Shown here piece after piece: positions 1 to 9,203 of a stretch of 64,000 bases of DNA; the stretch's first letter is position 1, and every line of letters begins with the position of its first letter. This DNA is from a virus. The position numbers were made by a program, and so were the translations under genes. The notes beneath the pieces are model-generated. The model searched no databases, had not been told where the DNA came from, and worked only from the letters and a program-made list of their open reading frames with translations. The stretch lies in the IMG/VR virus record IMGVR_UViG_3300019752_000001, one strand, 5' to 3'.

Positions 1-321
1 CTCTTTAAGCAGGTGACTCGTTGTGTTCTGACTCATGAACAATCTCTCAGCCCAGTCTCCCTCACGAGGATTGAAACCACTAACACTACCTTCACAGATA
101 AGCTTATGCAAAACGTTCAACTGCTCCACTAATGCATCATGCTGGTTAATGGCTAAGGCAATATTCTGTGCAGCTTGTTCTGTTTCCTCTTTTCCACAGT
201 AGTTACGGATGTTAACACCGAACCAAAGGTAATTAACCAACACTCCTTCACTGTCAGGTTTCAGGTTGTAAACTGTCGAATGTTCAGCTTTAACATCTGG
301 GTAGTTATTTTTGATAGTCAT
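1..321 (-). CDS. hypothetical protein, runs off window edge
   Basis: Manually read open frame MTIKNNYPDVKAEHSTVYNL... from ATG at 321 with upstream GAGG; no stop before position 1. Confidence 0.7.
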   Translation of the reverse strand, partial: MTIKNNYPDVKAEHSTVYNLKPDSEGVLVNYLWFGVNIRNYCGKEETEQAAQNIALAINQHDALVEQLNVLHKLICEGSVSGFNPREGDWAERLFMSQNTTSHLLKE

Positions 322-739
322 GTTTGTTCCTCTTCTTAAACCAGAACACAATAGGGGTTGTCTTGACAACAATCTGACCAAACCTCTCAGCAGTTCTGAA
401 GTTTACACTACTATTACGTCCACGCTCAACTTGCTTCTCAAGCTCCTTCCTAAATTCCTCCACAGAAAAACACACTCTTGGATAAGTTGCAAGGAGCACA
501 TGACGAAACCATATTATCCAGTGTATCTATAAATCTTCATGCTGCATATCTCCTGTAAATCTCACCTCTGTCTAGTGAATATTCTTCCGTTCATGCACAG
601 GAACTATCTCAGACTTCCTATGTATAGGATGAAAGTGGTCAACATGCCAGCCCTTTTAAGGAAGCTGACAACCACAATACCAGCAGATTCCGTTAGACTT
701 ATTCCATACCAGCTGCCTAGTTTTCTTAGATATTGCCAT
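305..739 (-). pseudogene. HNH endonuclease, disrupted (2 in-frame stops, 2 frameshifts) or sequencing errors
   Basis: Manual read MAISKKTRQLVWNKSNGICWYCGCQLP*KGWHVDHFHP...H*...[fs]DNMVSSCAPCNLSK[fs]SVEEFRKELEKQ; CxxC, HVDH and CxxCN motifs. Confidence 0.8.
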
Positions 740-742
740 TAG

Positions 743-1148
743 TTAGTTTCCTCTGATCCCTGTACTGCTGATACAACATAGGCTTTCTGGACAAGGAAGA
801 TACATAACATCTACCCCCCAAACCTGTTGAGCGTGACGAGTCATAGCTTGCTCATATTCGAAGTCTTTTGTGTCACGTAATCCTCTTACTACAACCTCCA
901 CGTTTTCAGACTTCAAGTAATCACCGAGATCAGAATCTTTTCTGTAGGTAACTTGGGTGTTATGTAAATGTGACACCTCCTCCCAAAAGTAATCTGCCCT
1001 ATCCTCTCCAGAGGTATCGTAAACCTTATCAGGGTTATCCGCAACAACCACTAACAGTTCAAAACCCAACCAGTTACACATCTCTACTACCCCAGAGGTG
1101 CCCTTCGTGTACAGGGTTAAAACTCCTTATAAATGCAACCTTTTTCAT
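743..1148 (-). CDS. coaD: phosphopantetheine adenylyltransferase (CoaD/PPAT)-like; one extra base in the C4 run at 1090-1093
   Basis: N-term MKKVAFIRSFNPVHEGHLW (HxGH) joins track ORF 743..1081 after a 1-nt correction; VVVRGLRDTKDFEYE and ISST are CoaD signatures. Confidence 0.85.
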
Positions 1149-1663
1149 AGTAGATCTCCTCTATGCTCCACAAACCACTCCGTACATTTCTGCTTGAACT
1201 CCTGAGAAGAGGAAGTATCATTAATCAAGACCCAATCAGCGACCTCTTCCCTTTGCTCCCTAGCTAATTGTGTATTGTGGATTCTCTGAGTCAGTGACAC
1301 ATTTCTGTGTGTATCCCGAAGTATAGCTGCTTCCTGGTTAGCTTTACGCTCAACCGTTAGAATCTTATAAGAAGGCTTTATATCAAAACCCTCTAAGTTA
1401 GGGATGACACAAACTTCTGGAGTGTTAGAGGTTAAGTACATATCAAAGTGTTGCATCAACCACCTTTCGTATTCCTTCCAGTTAGGATGAATGAAGGCTA
1501 CAGGACTACTGCCAAACCAACCTTTAAAAGTGTAGTGATGTAAAGCTGTTCCTTTCATTTCTTCGTGGAACCAGTCATCAACATCTAAGCATTTGTACCC
1601 CAACTCTTCAGCAGCTTGCAATAGTGTACTTTTACCACAAGCTATACCTCCAGTTACAATCAA
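1145..1663 (-). CDS. coaE: dephospho-CoA kinase (CoaE)-like
   Basis: N-terminal P-loop IVTGGIACGKST, DVDD, C-term ADWVLIND; stop overlaps the CoaD start (ATGA). Confidence 0.8.
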   Translation of the reverse strand: MIVTGGIACGKSTLLQAAEELGYKCLDVDDWFHEEMKGTALHHYTFKGWFGSSPVAFIHPNWKEYERWLMQHFDMYLTSNTPEVCVIPNLEGFDIKPSYKILTVERKANQEAAILRDTHRNVSLTQRIHNTQLAREQREEVADWVLINDTSSSQEFKQKCTEWFVEHRGDLL

Positions 1664-1823
1664 TATGTTAAGGTCTACTTTGTCAATAACCTAAGTTCGT
1701 TCTGTACATCTCCACTAATTATATTAACTCGACCTACTAATTATAGGTAGCTAAACAATGATTATTTGTACTCAGCCTTAGCTGGTGATTTCTGCGATGT
1801 GTTTTTCTTAACTCTTGGAACCT

Positions 1824-1851
1824 ATTATAAACACATAGATACACATTGCAA
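1824..1851 (-). promoter_or_regulatory. sigma70-like promoter upstream of coaE-coaD
   Basis: TTGCAA-N16-TATAAT. Confidence 0.65.
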
Positions 1852-1906
1852 CAACTATTTTTAACTTTATCATTCAACGAACTACCGGCGATTACACCAA
1901 GGCATT

Positions 1907-1938
1907 AAAAAAGCCAGCTACTCTTTAGTAGTGGCTTT
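1907..1938 (-). terminator. rho-independent terminator
   Basis: AAAGCCA-GCTACT/AGTAG-TGGCTTT hairpin with U-tract on the minus strand. Confidence 0.6.
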
Positions 1939-1963
1939 CTAGTAATAGGTTTATCTTCCAATA

Positions 1964-2278
1964 TCAACGTTTAATTACTCGGCCAATAAACAAATAAAGC
2001 TGCCGTGAAAACGCATAATGTGCATTGAAGTTAAATGAAAAGCAATCTTTTTCTACGCTAAATTCAAGTGCATATCGTGGCTTTGGTTGTGACACGTATA
2101 TCCGGCCAACTTTTTTAGGGTTGTCAATCCTAACTTCTTCCTGGGTTACAGTATACCCTTCACCTTCAAGAAATGCAATAAATGTTTTCTTGTTTATCGG
2201 CGCTCTGCCTGTCTTGACGCTGTGCTGACTATCTTTCCAATCCTTCAGGGTGTCCCACGTTAATTTAGCCATAACCAC
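1964..2278 (-). CDS. hypothetical protein
   Basis: ORF track; AAGGAG RBS. Confidence 0.7.
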   Translation of the reverse strand: MVMAKLTWDTLKDWKDSQHSVKTGRAPINKKTFIAFLEGEGYTVTQEEVRIDNPKKVGRIYVSQPKPRYALEFSVEKDCFSFNFNAHYAFSRQLYLFIGRVIKR

Positions 2279-2322
2279 GCTCCTTATTTAAGTTACACAA
2301 TTTTACCAGAAAACCTTGGCTG

Positions 2323-2661
2323 TTACCAGCCATTATTGCCCAGGTATGTCTTAACTTCATTCATGTTATTGAACCACTTCTCACCACCGCAGTAGTTGTA
2401 AGACATGTTAGTGCTACCGTCTTTCTTCCATACTGTTACTGTAGCGCTTTTGTTATCATTATCAGTCCAGACATTATATTCGGTGAATAGCTCGTTGTCA
2501 CGCTTTACTTCGGTGTGGATAGTAACCTCTACAACATCATCGCCCTGCATTTCTAACCACTCAGAAGCGCTTACAGTAGCAACGTTACCGAATTCATCTG
2601 TTACTGTGTTGCCGCGTACTGTGAATGTCTTACCGGTGAATCGATCTTTGTAAGTGGTCAT
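2323..2661 (-). CDS. hypothetical protein
   Basis: ORF track; GGGAG RBS; upstream promoter. Confidence 0.75.
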   Translation of the reverse strand: MTTYKDRFTGKTFTVRGNTVTDEFGNVATVSASEWLEMQGDDVVEVTIHTEVKRDNELFTEYNVWTDNDNKSATVTVWKKDGSTNMSYNYCGGEKWFNNMNEVKTYLGNNGW

Positions 2662-2687
2662 GGTGTGTCTCCCTAAGTGATGTAACC

Positions 2688-2715
2688 ATTATAGCGATTA
2701 TGGATATGATTGCAA
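2688..2715 (-). promoter_or_regulatory. sigma70-like promoter
   Basis: TTGCAA-N16-TATAAT, same form as 1824-1851. Confidence 0.65.
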
Positions 2716-2824
2716 TAGCTTATCCATCATTTAATTATCATTCCATCCTAACGACATGTAGCATATCCCTTTGGTTTACAGAACAGTATAAGTTTTTCAC
2801 TTCAAACATTTTTAGTTCTCCTTG

Positions 2825-3013
2825 TCAGGCAAAATTATCCCTACAAATAAAGGTATTCTCTACCTTCAACTCGTAGTTTTCTCTTACATCCCCGTCCCAC
2901 ACTTCTATATGGAAATGATAAATATTCTTTATCGAGTGTGTGAATACAACATTCACTTGTGTTGCATTAGGAAACTGAACCTCAACCATCTTCTTAACCG
3001 CTAAATTCTTCAT
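2825..3013 (-). CDS. hypothetical protein
   Basis: ORF track; fits strand and packing. Confidence 0.6.
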   Translation of the reverse strand: MKNLAVKKMVEVQFPNATQVNVVFTHSIKNIYHFHIEVWDGDVRENYELKVENTFICRDNFA

Positions 3014-3017
3014 TACT

Positions 3018-3212
3018 CTACCTCTCCCTTTTAGATTCTAAGATATCAATCTCATCGCGGTGCACCCAGATACCATTGCGCATTTTTTTCTGCATATCAA
3101 CGGTCTTCTGAACATCGGCACGAAGCTGCTCCACAACATCTTGAGCAGTCTCTTTTTTGATCTTCAAATTATGAAATTTAACCACGAGAGCCTCCGTCAT
3201 CAATATTTTCAT
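3018..3212 (-). CDS. hypothetical protein
   Basis: ORF track. Confidence 0.5.
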   Translation of the reverse strand: MKILMTEALVVKFHNLKIKKETAQDVVEQLRADVQKTVDMQKKMRNGIWVHRDEIDILESKRER

Positions 3213-3319
3213 TATGCTCTAGAGGTTCATTAGCTGCAATGGCACTAGAGAACTCCTCCTGCTTGTAGGTTAGTATATATTCGCCATCACCTTTCTTACG
3301 AATCCCGTACTGTTTATTA

Positions 3320-3817
3320 TTATGCATCGGCCTTCTCCATCTCAATCAAAACATTAATAATGTAATCCTGTAAATAAACACAACCAAGGTGCGCTTCTGG
3401 ATTGATTGCAATCTTGTTAATGTGTACTTGTTCATCTTTAAGGTATTCTTTGTCGGTTATGTTTGCGCAATACAACTTTTTAGGGTGCAATTTGCCATCA
3501 ATTGTGAAGGTGCTGTAGATATAAGAATCATCATCTTTACAGAGTTCTGCATAAGTGCTTCGGTAATAATGAATCTCAACTTTTACCTTCTTGCTGACAG
3601 ATGGTGGGGTATTGTTACGATACCAACTCTTTTTACCACCCTCGACTGGAGAAGTGTAAACCATCCCCATCCGGGTTTCAAACCACTTACCGTCACACCA
3701 GTAGTAAGTGTCACTTTCAAATTCCTCGATAGTGTTGTTGTGAAACTCTTCCACAAAACCATCAAAAGAAATTACACAAAAATCACCAGATACTGTTAGA
3801 TCGTTAATGCTTGTCAT
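3320..3817 (-). CDS. hypothetical protein
   Basis: ORF track; promoter upstream. Confidence 0.7.
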   Translation of the reverse strand: MTSINDLTVSGDFCVISFDGFVEEFHNNTIEEFESDTYYWCDGKWFETRMGMVYTSPVEGGKKSWYRNNTPPSVSKKVKVEIHYYRSTYAELCKDDDSYIYSTFTIDGKLHPKKLYCANITDKEYLKDEQVHINKIAINPEAHLGCVYLQDYIINVLIEMEKADA

Positions 3818-3856
3818 TGTAAGTTACCTGTTCAGTTGTTTGTTTGATGTGATTAC

Positions 3857-3885
3857 AGTTTAGTTGTTCAGAAAGCCCTTGTCAA
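3857..3885 (-). promoter_or_regulatory. sigma70-like promoter
   Basis: TTGACA-N17-TAAACT. Confidence 0.6.
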
Positions 3886-5166
3886 CACTAAATTATCATG
3901 TGTACCCAACACCTCCCACCAAGCTTCTCTGAATGTGTCAACAAGCAACTGCTCATCTTCCTGCTTAACTACAGCTGAATCATGATACGGAAGGAGAGGT
4001 TTGTCAAGGGCTGTGAAGGTGTTTATTACATTCATGAGGATGGAGGAATCTAAGTATTGTAGTTGTTGCCAAAGGAGAGAGGATGAACCAGGATATAAAG
4101 AGTTGCTTAGTAACACTTCAGAGATGCGATGATTAGTTTTTAACAAAGAGTTTACTACATCAGTTGGACACAACACATCATAATTTACTGTGGGGTAGTC
4201 TCTATCATCCACTGACTGCTTTATTTGGTTCAGTGTAAACCACCCGCATGACCTTTCAGCTTTCTTAAGGTTTTCACAATAGAGGAGCGACATAAAGAAC
4301 TTCTTACACAACCCTCTGATATCCTCGTACCCTCCCTGTACAAGCCCTTGTTCAACCTTATAAGGTTCAAAGTGTTCCGGTAAGTTTATTCCTAAATGGC
4401 AGGCTATCAGGTTTGGGTGAAGACACTTAATATCCACCTCAACAGTTCTCTGTCCATCAATAGTGATAGTTGGTCTTAGCTTAGAAGGGAGAGATTGAAA
4501 CCCTCCACAACTATAAACTCTTCCTGCTAGCGTTATCTTCTCTGAGAATATACGTCTGTAACAAGGACTGCAAGAGTAGTCCCCCACTTTGACTGTATGA
4601 CCACTTAACATATTGTTATAATCTTTCATATCCTGCTTAAGCTGACCAATACCTTTAGGCTTGACACCTGTAACCTGCTTACCTTTCAAGTCGCGTATAA
4701 CCACTTCCTCTTCATTCCCTCTACTGGCCCCTTCAGAGCTAACAGGAAGCTCTGAGAAGAGATTTATAAGAGGTTGTAGAGGTTTTATAGAGGACTTGCA
4801 ATAGTCCTCCTCGTGCAGGTAATAGCCTTTGTAGAGGGTTATTAATCCCAACTCTTCAAGTAATGGTAAGAGTTCAAGCATCTTCTTGTATGAAAGTTTC
4901 TGTTTGTACTTTTTGTTTGCTTCTGAGTATCTTACAGGTTTCAGAGAGATATTAAAGAAATCTCCTCCGTATCTCAAGGTTTTAGATATAGCTGTAACTA
5001 GGCACCAAACTTCATTATCGTACTTAGAACCTACATTAAGTAATTTTGTAACTTCTTTGTGTACATACAAGAAATAAGTACTTCTCTTTATCTGTAGATT
5101 GAATGGTTCAGAAGTAGCTCTAATCTTTATCTGTTGTTCTTTCTCCAGGGTCAGGAGTTCTATCAT
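3868..5166 (-). CDS. compact family-A DNA pol / T7-type RNAP palm-domain protein
   Basis: AGRVY pre-motif, motif A VEVDIKCLHP, motif B-like RGLCKK...LLY, motif C PYHDSAVV; no exonuclease domain seen. Confidence 0.65.
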   Translation of the reverse strand: MIELLTLEKEQQIKIRATSEPFNLQIKRSTYFLYVHKEVTKLLNVGSKYDNEVWCLVTAISKTLRYGGDFFNISLKPVRYSEANKKYKQKLSYKKMLELLPLLEELGLITLYKGYYLHEEDYCKSSIKPLQPLINLFSELPVSSEGASRGNEEEVVIRDLKGKQVTGVKPKGIGQLKQDMKDYNNMLSGHTVKVGDYSCSPCYRRIFSEKITLAGRVYSCGGFQSLPSKLRPTITIDGQRTVEVDIKCLHPNLIACHLGINLPEHFEPYKVEQGLVQGGYEDIRGLCKKFFMSLLYCENLKKAERSCGWFTLNQIKQSVDDRDYPTVNYDVLCPTDVVNSLLKTNHRISEVLLSNSLYPGSSSLLWQQLQYLDSSILMNVINTFTALDKPLLPYHDSAVVKQEDEQLLVDTFREAWWEVLGTHDNLVLTRAF

Positions 5167-5338
5167 TATTCTTACCTTCTAATTTATCAGATGCTTCGAT
5201 GATGGCTTCTGACATAGTTAAGTTTTTATTCGCTGTTAATCTCATCAAGACAGTAACTAAAAAGGTTTGTCTGCTGTACTTTCCTCTGTGTTTCTCTAAC
5301 ATCCTTGTAACATTTCTTGGAAGTACTAAATTCATCAC
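5120..5338 (-). CDS. small ribbon-helix-helix-like DNA-binding protein
   Basis: MNLVLP..V...LEKHRG..SRQTF pattern; paralog at 61251-61457. Confidence 0.55.
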   Translation of the reverse strand: MMNLVLPRNVTRMLEKHRGKYSRQTFLVTVLMRLTANKNLTMSEAIIEASDKLEGKNNDRTPDPGERTTDKD

Positions 5339-5599
5339 AAACTCCTTTATATTATTTGTTCTTTACTTATAGCTTATACTCATTGTCTTTATTATCTGTT
5401 CTTCTAAGTCCTCTGTTGAGATATATACTATGAAGGAGAGCAAGAGCATTAGATCAAGGGAGAGAGGAATCCCCAAGGGGCGCTCAATGGGAATCTAAAT
5501 AACCGTGAAACCCACACAGCACTAAGGCTGCAGAGCAGAGGTTGACCTCTATTGTGGAAAATCCCTCTCTTTTACATGACCTTTACACCACCTATCACA

Positions 5600-6061
5600 T
5601 CACCCTTTATGCCCTACAATATCCCCACACTCACAGTCCTTGGCAATCATCTTAGCGACTAACAAAGTTTGCTCATGAAGCTCATATAGAATGGTATGAA
5701 CAAACTTATATTTCACTTGCTCATCATTTTCTGTATCGTTAGCCCATTTAACCAGGTTCCTCATAACACAGGCGTAGGAGTCACAAGCAAGAATTTCCCC
5801 GTACAGATCCTCTACTTCGTCATAGGTAACAGGGATATATTTCTTATGCAGAAGAGGTAGTACATTACCAACAGGTTCGAATATACGCCAAGGGTTTGTC
5901 AGTCTACGTGTATCAGCCAGAGCATCTTGGAACATCTTCATACGTTCTGGGTTGCGACGCTTCTTATAATACTGTGCAGTGTTGGTCACAGTACGTCGAG
6001 ACATCGCTCCAGAGTTCAGTGCATCAATTACTTCTTGTTTGGTGTTATACTTCGGTTTCAT
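5600..6061 (-). CDS. hypothetical protein
   Basis: ORF track; AAGGA RBS; promoter. Confidence 0.75.
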   Translation of the reverse strand: MKPKYNTKQEVIDALNSGAMSRRTVTNTAQYYKKRRNPERMKMFQDALADTRRLTNPWRIFEPVGNVLPLLHKKYIPVTYDEVEDLYGEILACDSYACVMRNLVKWANDTENDEQVKYKFVHTILYELHEQTLLVAKMIAKDCECGDIVGHKG

Positions 6062-6098
6062 TAGTGTTCCTTATTCAAATTAAGTGTAATACAACTAC

Positions 6099-6127
6099 AT
6101 TATACAACACAAGGAGGGCAGAATCAA
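6099..6127 (-). promoter_or_regulatory. sigma70-like promoter
   Basis: TTGATT-N17-TATAAT. Confidence 0.6.
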
Positions 6128-6388
6128 CTATTTAAGCCCATAAAATCCTCCCTTCCCATCATCCTCTTCCTTAGCAAACTCAGCCAGCCACTCCAAGTCC
6201 TTTATCAGCTGAAACACTCCCTCTTTCACAGGAATAAATCTGCTATCATTCTCAGCAAGCTTAGTCAAAGCTCTCTTACACTTCAACTCTGACCCTGTTG
6301 CATCGATCATCTCAATAACTCTGTGAAGGTCTGTAGGGATAATCCTGCCAGCTAGCACCTCTAACAGCTCCTGATCAACGTTCTTCAA
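6128..6388 (-). CDS. hypothetical protein
   Basis: ORF track. Confidence 0.65.
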   Translation of the reverse strand: MKNVDQELLEVLAGRIIPTDLHRVIEMIDATGSELKCKRALTKLAENDSRFIPVKEGVFQLIKDLEWLAEFAKEEDDGKGGFYGLK

Positions 6389-6389
6389 C

Positions 6390-6653
6390 CTAAGAGGGAG
6401 AGTTATCTCTCCCTGTCAACTTACTCCACCACACACCCACCTTGTACAAGCGTGTAACATTCTTCACCTTCTCCCACAAAGACAGCGGAGGTTCTCTTTC
6501 GAAAAACCCATAAGCCCAGTAACCTTCTTCACCACAAACTGTGCAGATTGTTTCCGTCTCTGATACATGACCTCCGTCGGTGTAGAACTTTCCCAGCTTG
6601 TTGTTGCCTCCACAAGCTTGACAGGTGTACTTGTTGTCATATTTAGTCGTCAT
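6390..6653 (-). CDS. zinc-ribbon hypothetical protein
   Basis: CQAC...CTVC; start moved to MTTKY after GGGAGAG. Confidence 0.65.
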   Translation of the reverse strand: MTTKYDNKYTCQACGGNNKLGKFYTDGGHVSETETICTVCGEEGYWAYGFFEREPPLSLWEKVKNVTRLYKVGVWWSKLTGRDNSPS

Positions 6654-7086
6654 TACTCTCTCCCTTACAGCTAGCCCACACACTAACAAACTTCACCTGA
6701 TCACTGCTTAGCAGGCAAACTCTTGAATCTTGTCCTGAGACAATACCAGATAAGGTGTTCGCCAACTTATACTGTGTACGTCCTTCAAAGTATTCAGCAA
6801 TCTTTCCTTCTCCTTCTGTAATCCAACCTTTGTCTGCGAAGTAAGCGGCATAACTACCTCCCCAATTCCCTCTATACATATCCTTATGTACCTCAGCAAG
6901 CTCTGTAGTGTCTCCTAACAGGAGATTGCCAAGCCAATGACGTTTCACAGGTGTGGTTTCTAACCGTTCTATAACCTCGGTTATCACCTCTTCACTGGCT
7001 TGCTTAGCTGAGTTGTAGTTGTGTAGAGCTTCTGATACTTCCTGTGAAGTGTATTGTGCAGCTCCGTTAAAGACTCCTGAGTTCAT
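6643..7086 (-). CDS. hypothetical protein
   Basis: ORF track. Confidence 0.7.
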   Translation of the reverse strand: MNSGVFNGAAQYTSQEVSEALHNYNSAKQASEEVITEVIERLETTPVKRHWLGNLLLGDTTELAEVHKDMYRGNWGGSYAAYFADKGWITEGEGKIAEYFEGRTQYKLANTLSGIVSGQDSRVCLLSSDQVKFVSVWASCKGESNDD

Positions 7087-7281
7087 CTAAACAACCACCT
7101 CTTCAAACTTCTCGATAAACACATCATACTCTCTGGTAAAAACCTCTCCTGTATTACAGCTTACATAGGTTACTAATGTAGGCCACTTTGCCTTATCTGT
7201 GGTGGTCTGATTACCTACACTTAGCACAATATAACGAGCACCTGAATGGTGGGTATATATTGGTAATTTTGATTTAATCAT
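7087..7281 (-). CDS. DUF1653-like small protein
   Basis: YTHHSGARYIV...LVTY...VFTRE...F.EKF pattern. Confidence 0.6.
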   Translation of the reverse strand: MIKSKLPIYTHHSGARYIVLSVGNQTTTDKAKWPTLVTYVSCNTGEVFTREYDVFIEKFEEVVV

Positions 7282-7642
7282 TTGTAACCCTTCTTTAATA
7301 TTAACTGTTACGTAACTTATTAGCACGTTTCCTCAACAGTAGCGCTTGCACCTCGAATTTTGGTGACACTCTTTCCAAGTAATTAGTTGCATCATCCACA
7401 GCTTTGGCAGCCACCTTTCTGTGGTGATCACACATTAAAACATAACCACGACCTGACAAACTACACCGATCTCATCTTTACCTTTAACAACCTATCCTGT
7501 AGGTGCTGTCCAGTCCTTCATAACAAACTTGTAAGTTATTCCTCTCCCCCAGTTACTTAAAGCATTACAACCTAGTTCTCCTTTTAGATTAATAGAAGGA
7601 GAAGCCTTTAGGAGTGCATCTGTGAAAGTTTTATGTGTTTAT

Positions 7643-8113
7643 TCATTTGAACAGCCACCTCCATAGGGAAGTATCTCGTTTGTGTTGTGCATCACAGGCT
7701 GCATTTCTATCATCCCACCAACAAGGCAACCCTTTTTCCTCCCTTTCTCGTTCATCATCCATAACCTTTTGTGCATCCCAACCCCCTTTGTATTTATCAA
7801 ACCCGCAGACAGCCTTATCCAAGCTTAAGGTTCCTATATTTCTGAGGAAAGCTCGCTCATTGTATACTCTCAAAGATGTCATAGCAAGATCTTGCTTCCA
7901 TCCTTTATATCTGTTATGTGCAGCTTTGTCTACATCTTCACGAAGTCTTCCACAATACTCTATTAAGTCTCTGCCATGAGGACAAATCACAGTAACATAA
8001 TAACCTGCATTACCCTCGAAAGGTATACTCCACTTATTACAGTCCTCTTCTGTCATCATCCAGACTTCTAAATCTAAGTCTTTATACTTGATATTCTCCT
8101 TAGTTCCCATCAA
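7643..8113 (-). CDS. hypothetical protein
   Basis: ORF track. Confidence 0.65.
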   Translation of the reverse strand: MMGTKENIKYKDLDLEVWMMTEEDCNKWSIPFEGNAGYYVTVICPHGRDLIEYCGRLREDVDKAAHNRYKGWKQDLAMTSLRVYNERAFLRNIGTLSLDKAVCGFDKYKGGWDAQKVMDDEREREEKGLPCWWDDRNAACDAQHKRDTSLWRWLFK

Positions 8114-8486
8114 ACCCCTCCTTAAGTACCCTATGCAAAGAAACTATAGCTCTACATCCTGTAATCTTAACATCCTTCCTAGAATAACACTGAGTACCTG
8201 ATAACAAGCAATCTGCAGAAGCATACTCAAACTTACCTTCACCATCTGTGTGATTGTGTAGGTTTATATCGAAGTTCTTAATAATATCCAAAAACTGAGC
8301 AGAGTTAGTTGTGGGAGAGAAGTCACACTTATTCATAATCCTGCCAAATGGAGCACGTTCAGCATCTAAGTGCCAAACTGTTCCACACTCAACACTATCA
8401 GAGGGATAATCAATGTACCCAAGCGCATACCCTACAGCTTCGTCTAACTCTTCTCCTGACAAGCTATCTACATTATCCATAGCCAT
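8100..8486 (-). CDS. NinX/DUF2591-like phage protein
   Basis: LSGEELDEAVGYALG...FSPTTNSAQFLDII. Confidence 0.55.
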   Translation of the reverse strand: MAMDNVDSLSGEELDEAVGYALGYIDYPSDSVECGTVWHLDAERAPFGRIMNKCDFSPTTNSAQFLDIIKNFDINLHNHTDGEGKFEYASADCLLSGTQCYSRKDVKITGCRAIVSLHRVLKEGFDGN

Positions 8487-8808
8487 AACTCCCTTCCCAA
8501 CTTTTCACTTCATCATCCACAGATTCATTAGCCTTCCTAATAAACTCAAAAGCTATCTCCTTAGGCGATGCAACACTCATACACATCTCAGCGACTAAGT
8601 AAACCTGTCTATACCGGAGAATATCTCCACGATTACTCCATTCAACCTGAACAAACACTTCCTGAAGATCATCCTCATCTTCTTCACATGTTACAACTTC
8701 CCAGGATAACTTTCCCCAACCTAGAATATCTTCTTCACACTGTTCAAGTGTGTCTGTGAAAACCTTTACAGTATTATTCACACTCTCACTCCCTAAACCA
8801 CTAAGCAC
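8473..8808 (-). CDS. hypothetical protein
   Basis: ORF track. Confidence 0.6.
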   Translation of the reverse strand: MLSGLGSESVNNTVKVFTDTLEQCEEDILGWGKLSWEVVTCEEDEDDLQEVFVQVEWSNRGDILRYRQVYLVAEMCMSVASPKEIAFEFIRKANESVDDEVKSWEGSYGYG

Positions 8809-8943
8809 CTTACTACAAAAATAGAGATAAAACTAACCCAAAAAGGAGCTGTACCATTTGAAGTAGGCTCTAAGTAGCTCCACACTGTTGAGATAGCTGA
8901 AGCAACTATTCCACTAACGAACAATAGAAATACATAGTACATA

Positions 8944-9201
8944 TCAAGCCCCCTCTCCAGTATAATTACCAAGCCCCTTCATAATTTCATCAACTCGTTG
9001 CTTAGTATACCTTCCTGTATGATCAGGTTCCTTTTCCACCATAGCCTGAATCACAGAAAGCCTAGTCTTCTCGTTAGCAGCTTTGATAATCAGCTGGTCA
9101 AGTTCATAATTTCCACTCTCAGGGATGCACAGACGGATACAGGCATCTACTCTGGCTTCTGGTGAGAGGAGTGTAGTAGTGGGTTTGTATTGTTCAGTCA
9201 T
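8944..9201 (-). CDS. hypothetical protein
   Basis: ORF track; AGGAG RBS. Confidence 0.7.
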   Translation of the reverse strand: MTEQYKPTTTLLSPEARVDACIRLCIPESGNYELDQLIIKAANEKTRLSVIQAMVEKEPDHTGRYTKQRVDEIMKGLGNYTGEGA

Positions 9202-9203
9202 TG

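Noticed and set aside
305-739. Stop-codon reassignment suggested by in-frame TAA/TAG in the HNH gene
   Set aside because: Both stop types and frameshifts co-occur locally, and long genes elsewhere are intact under the standard code.
743-1148. HxGH nucleotidyltransferase as NMNAT (NARP2)
   Set aside because: RGLR..DFEYE and coupling to a CoaE-like kinase favour CoaD.
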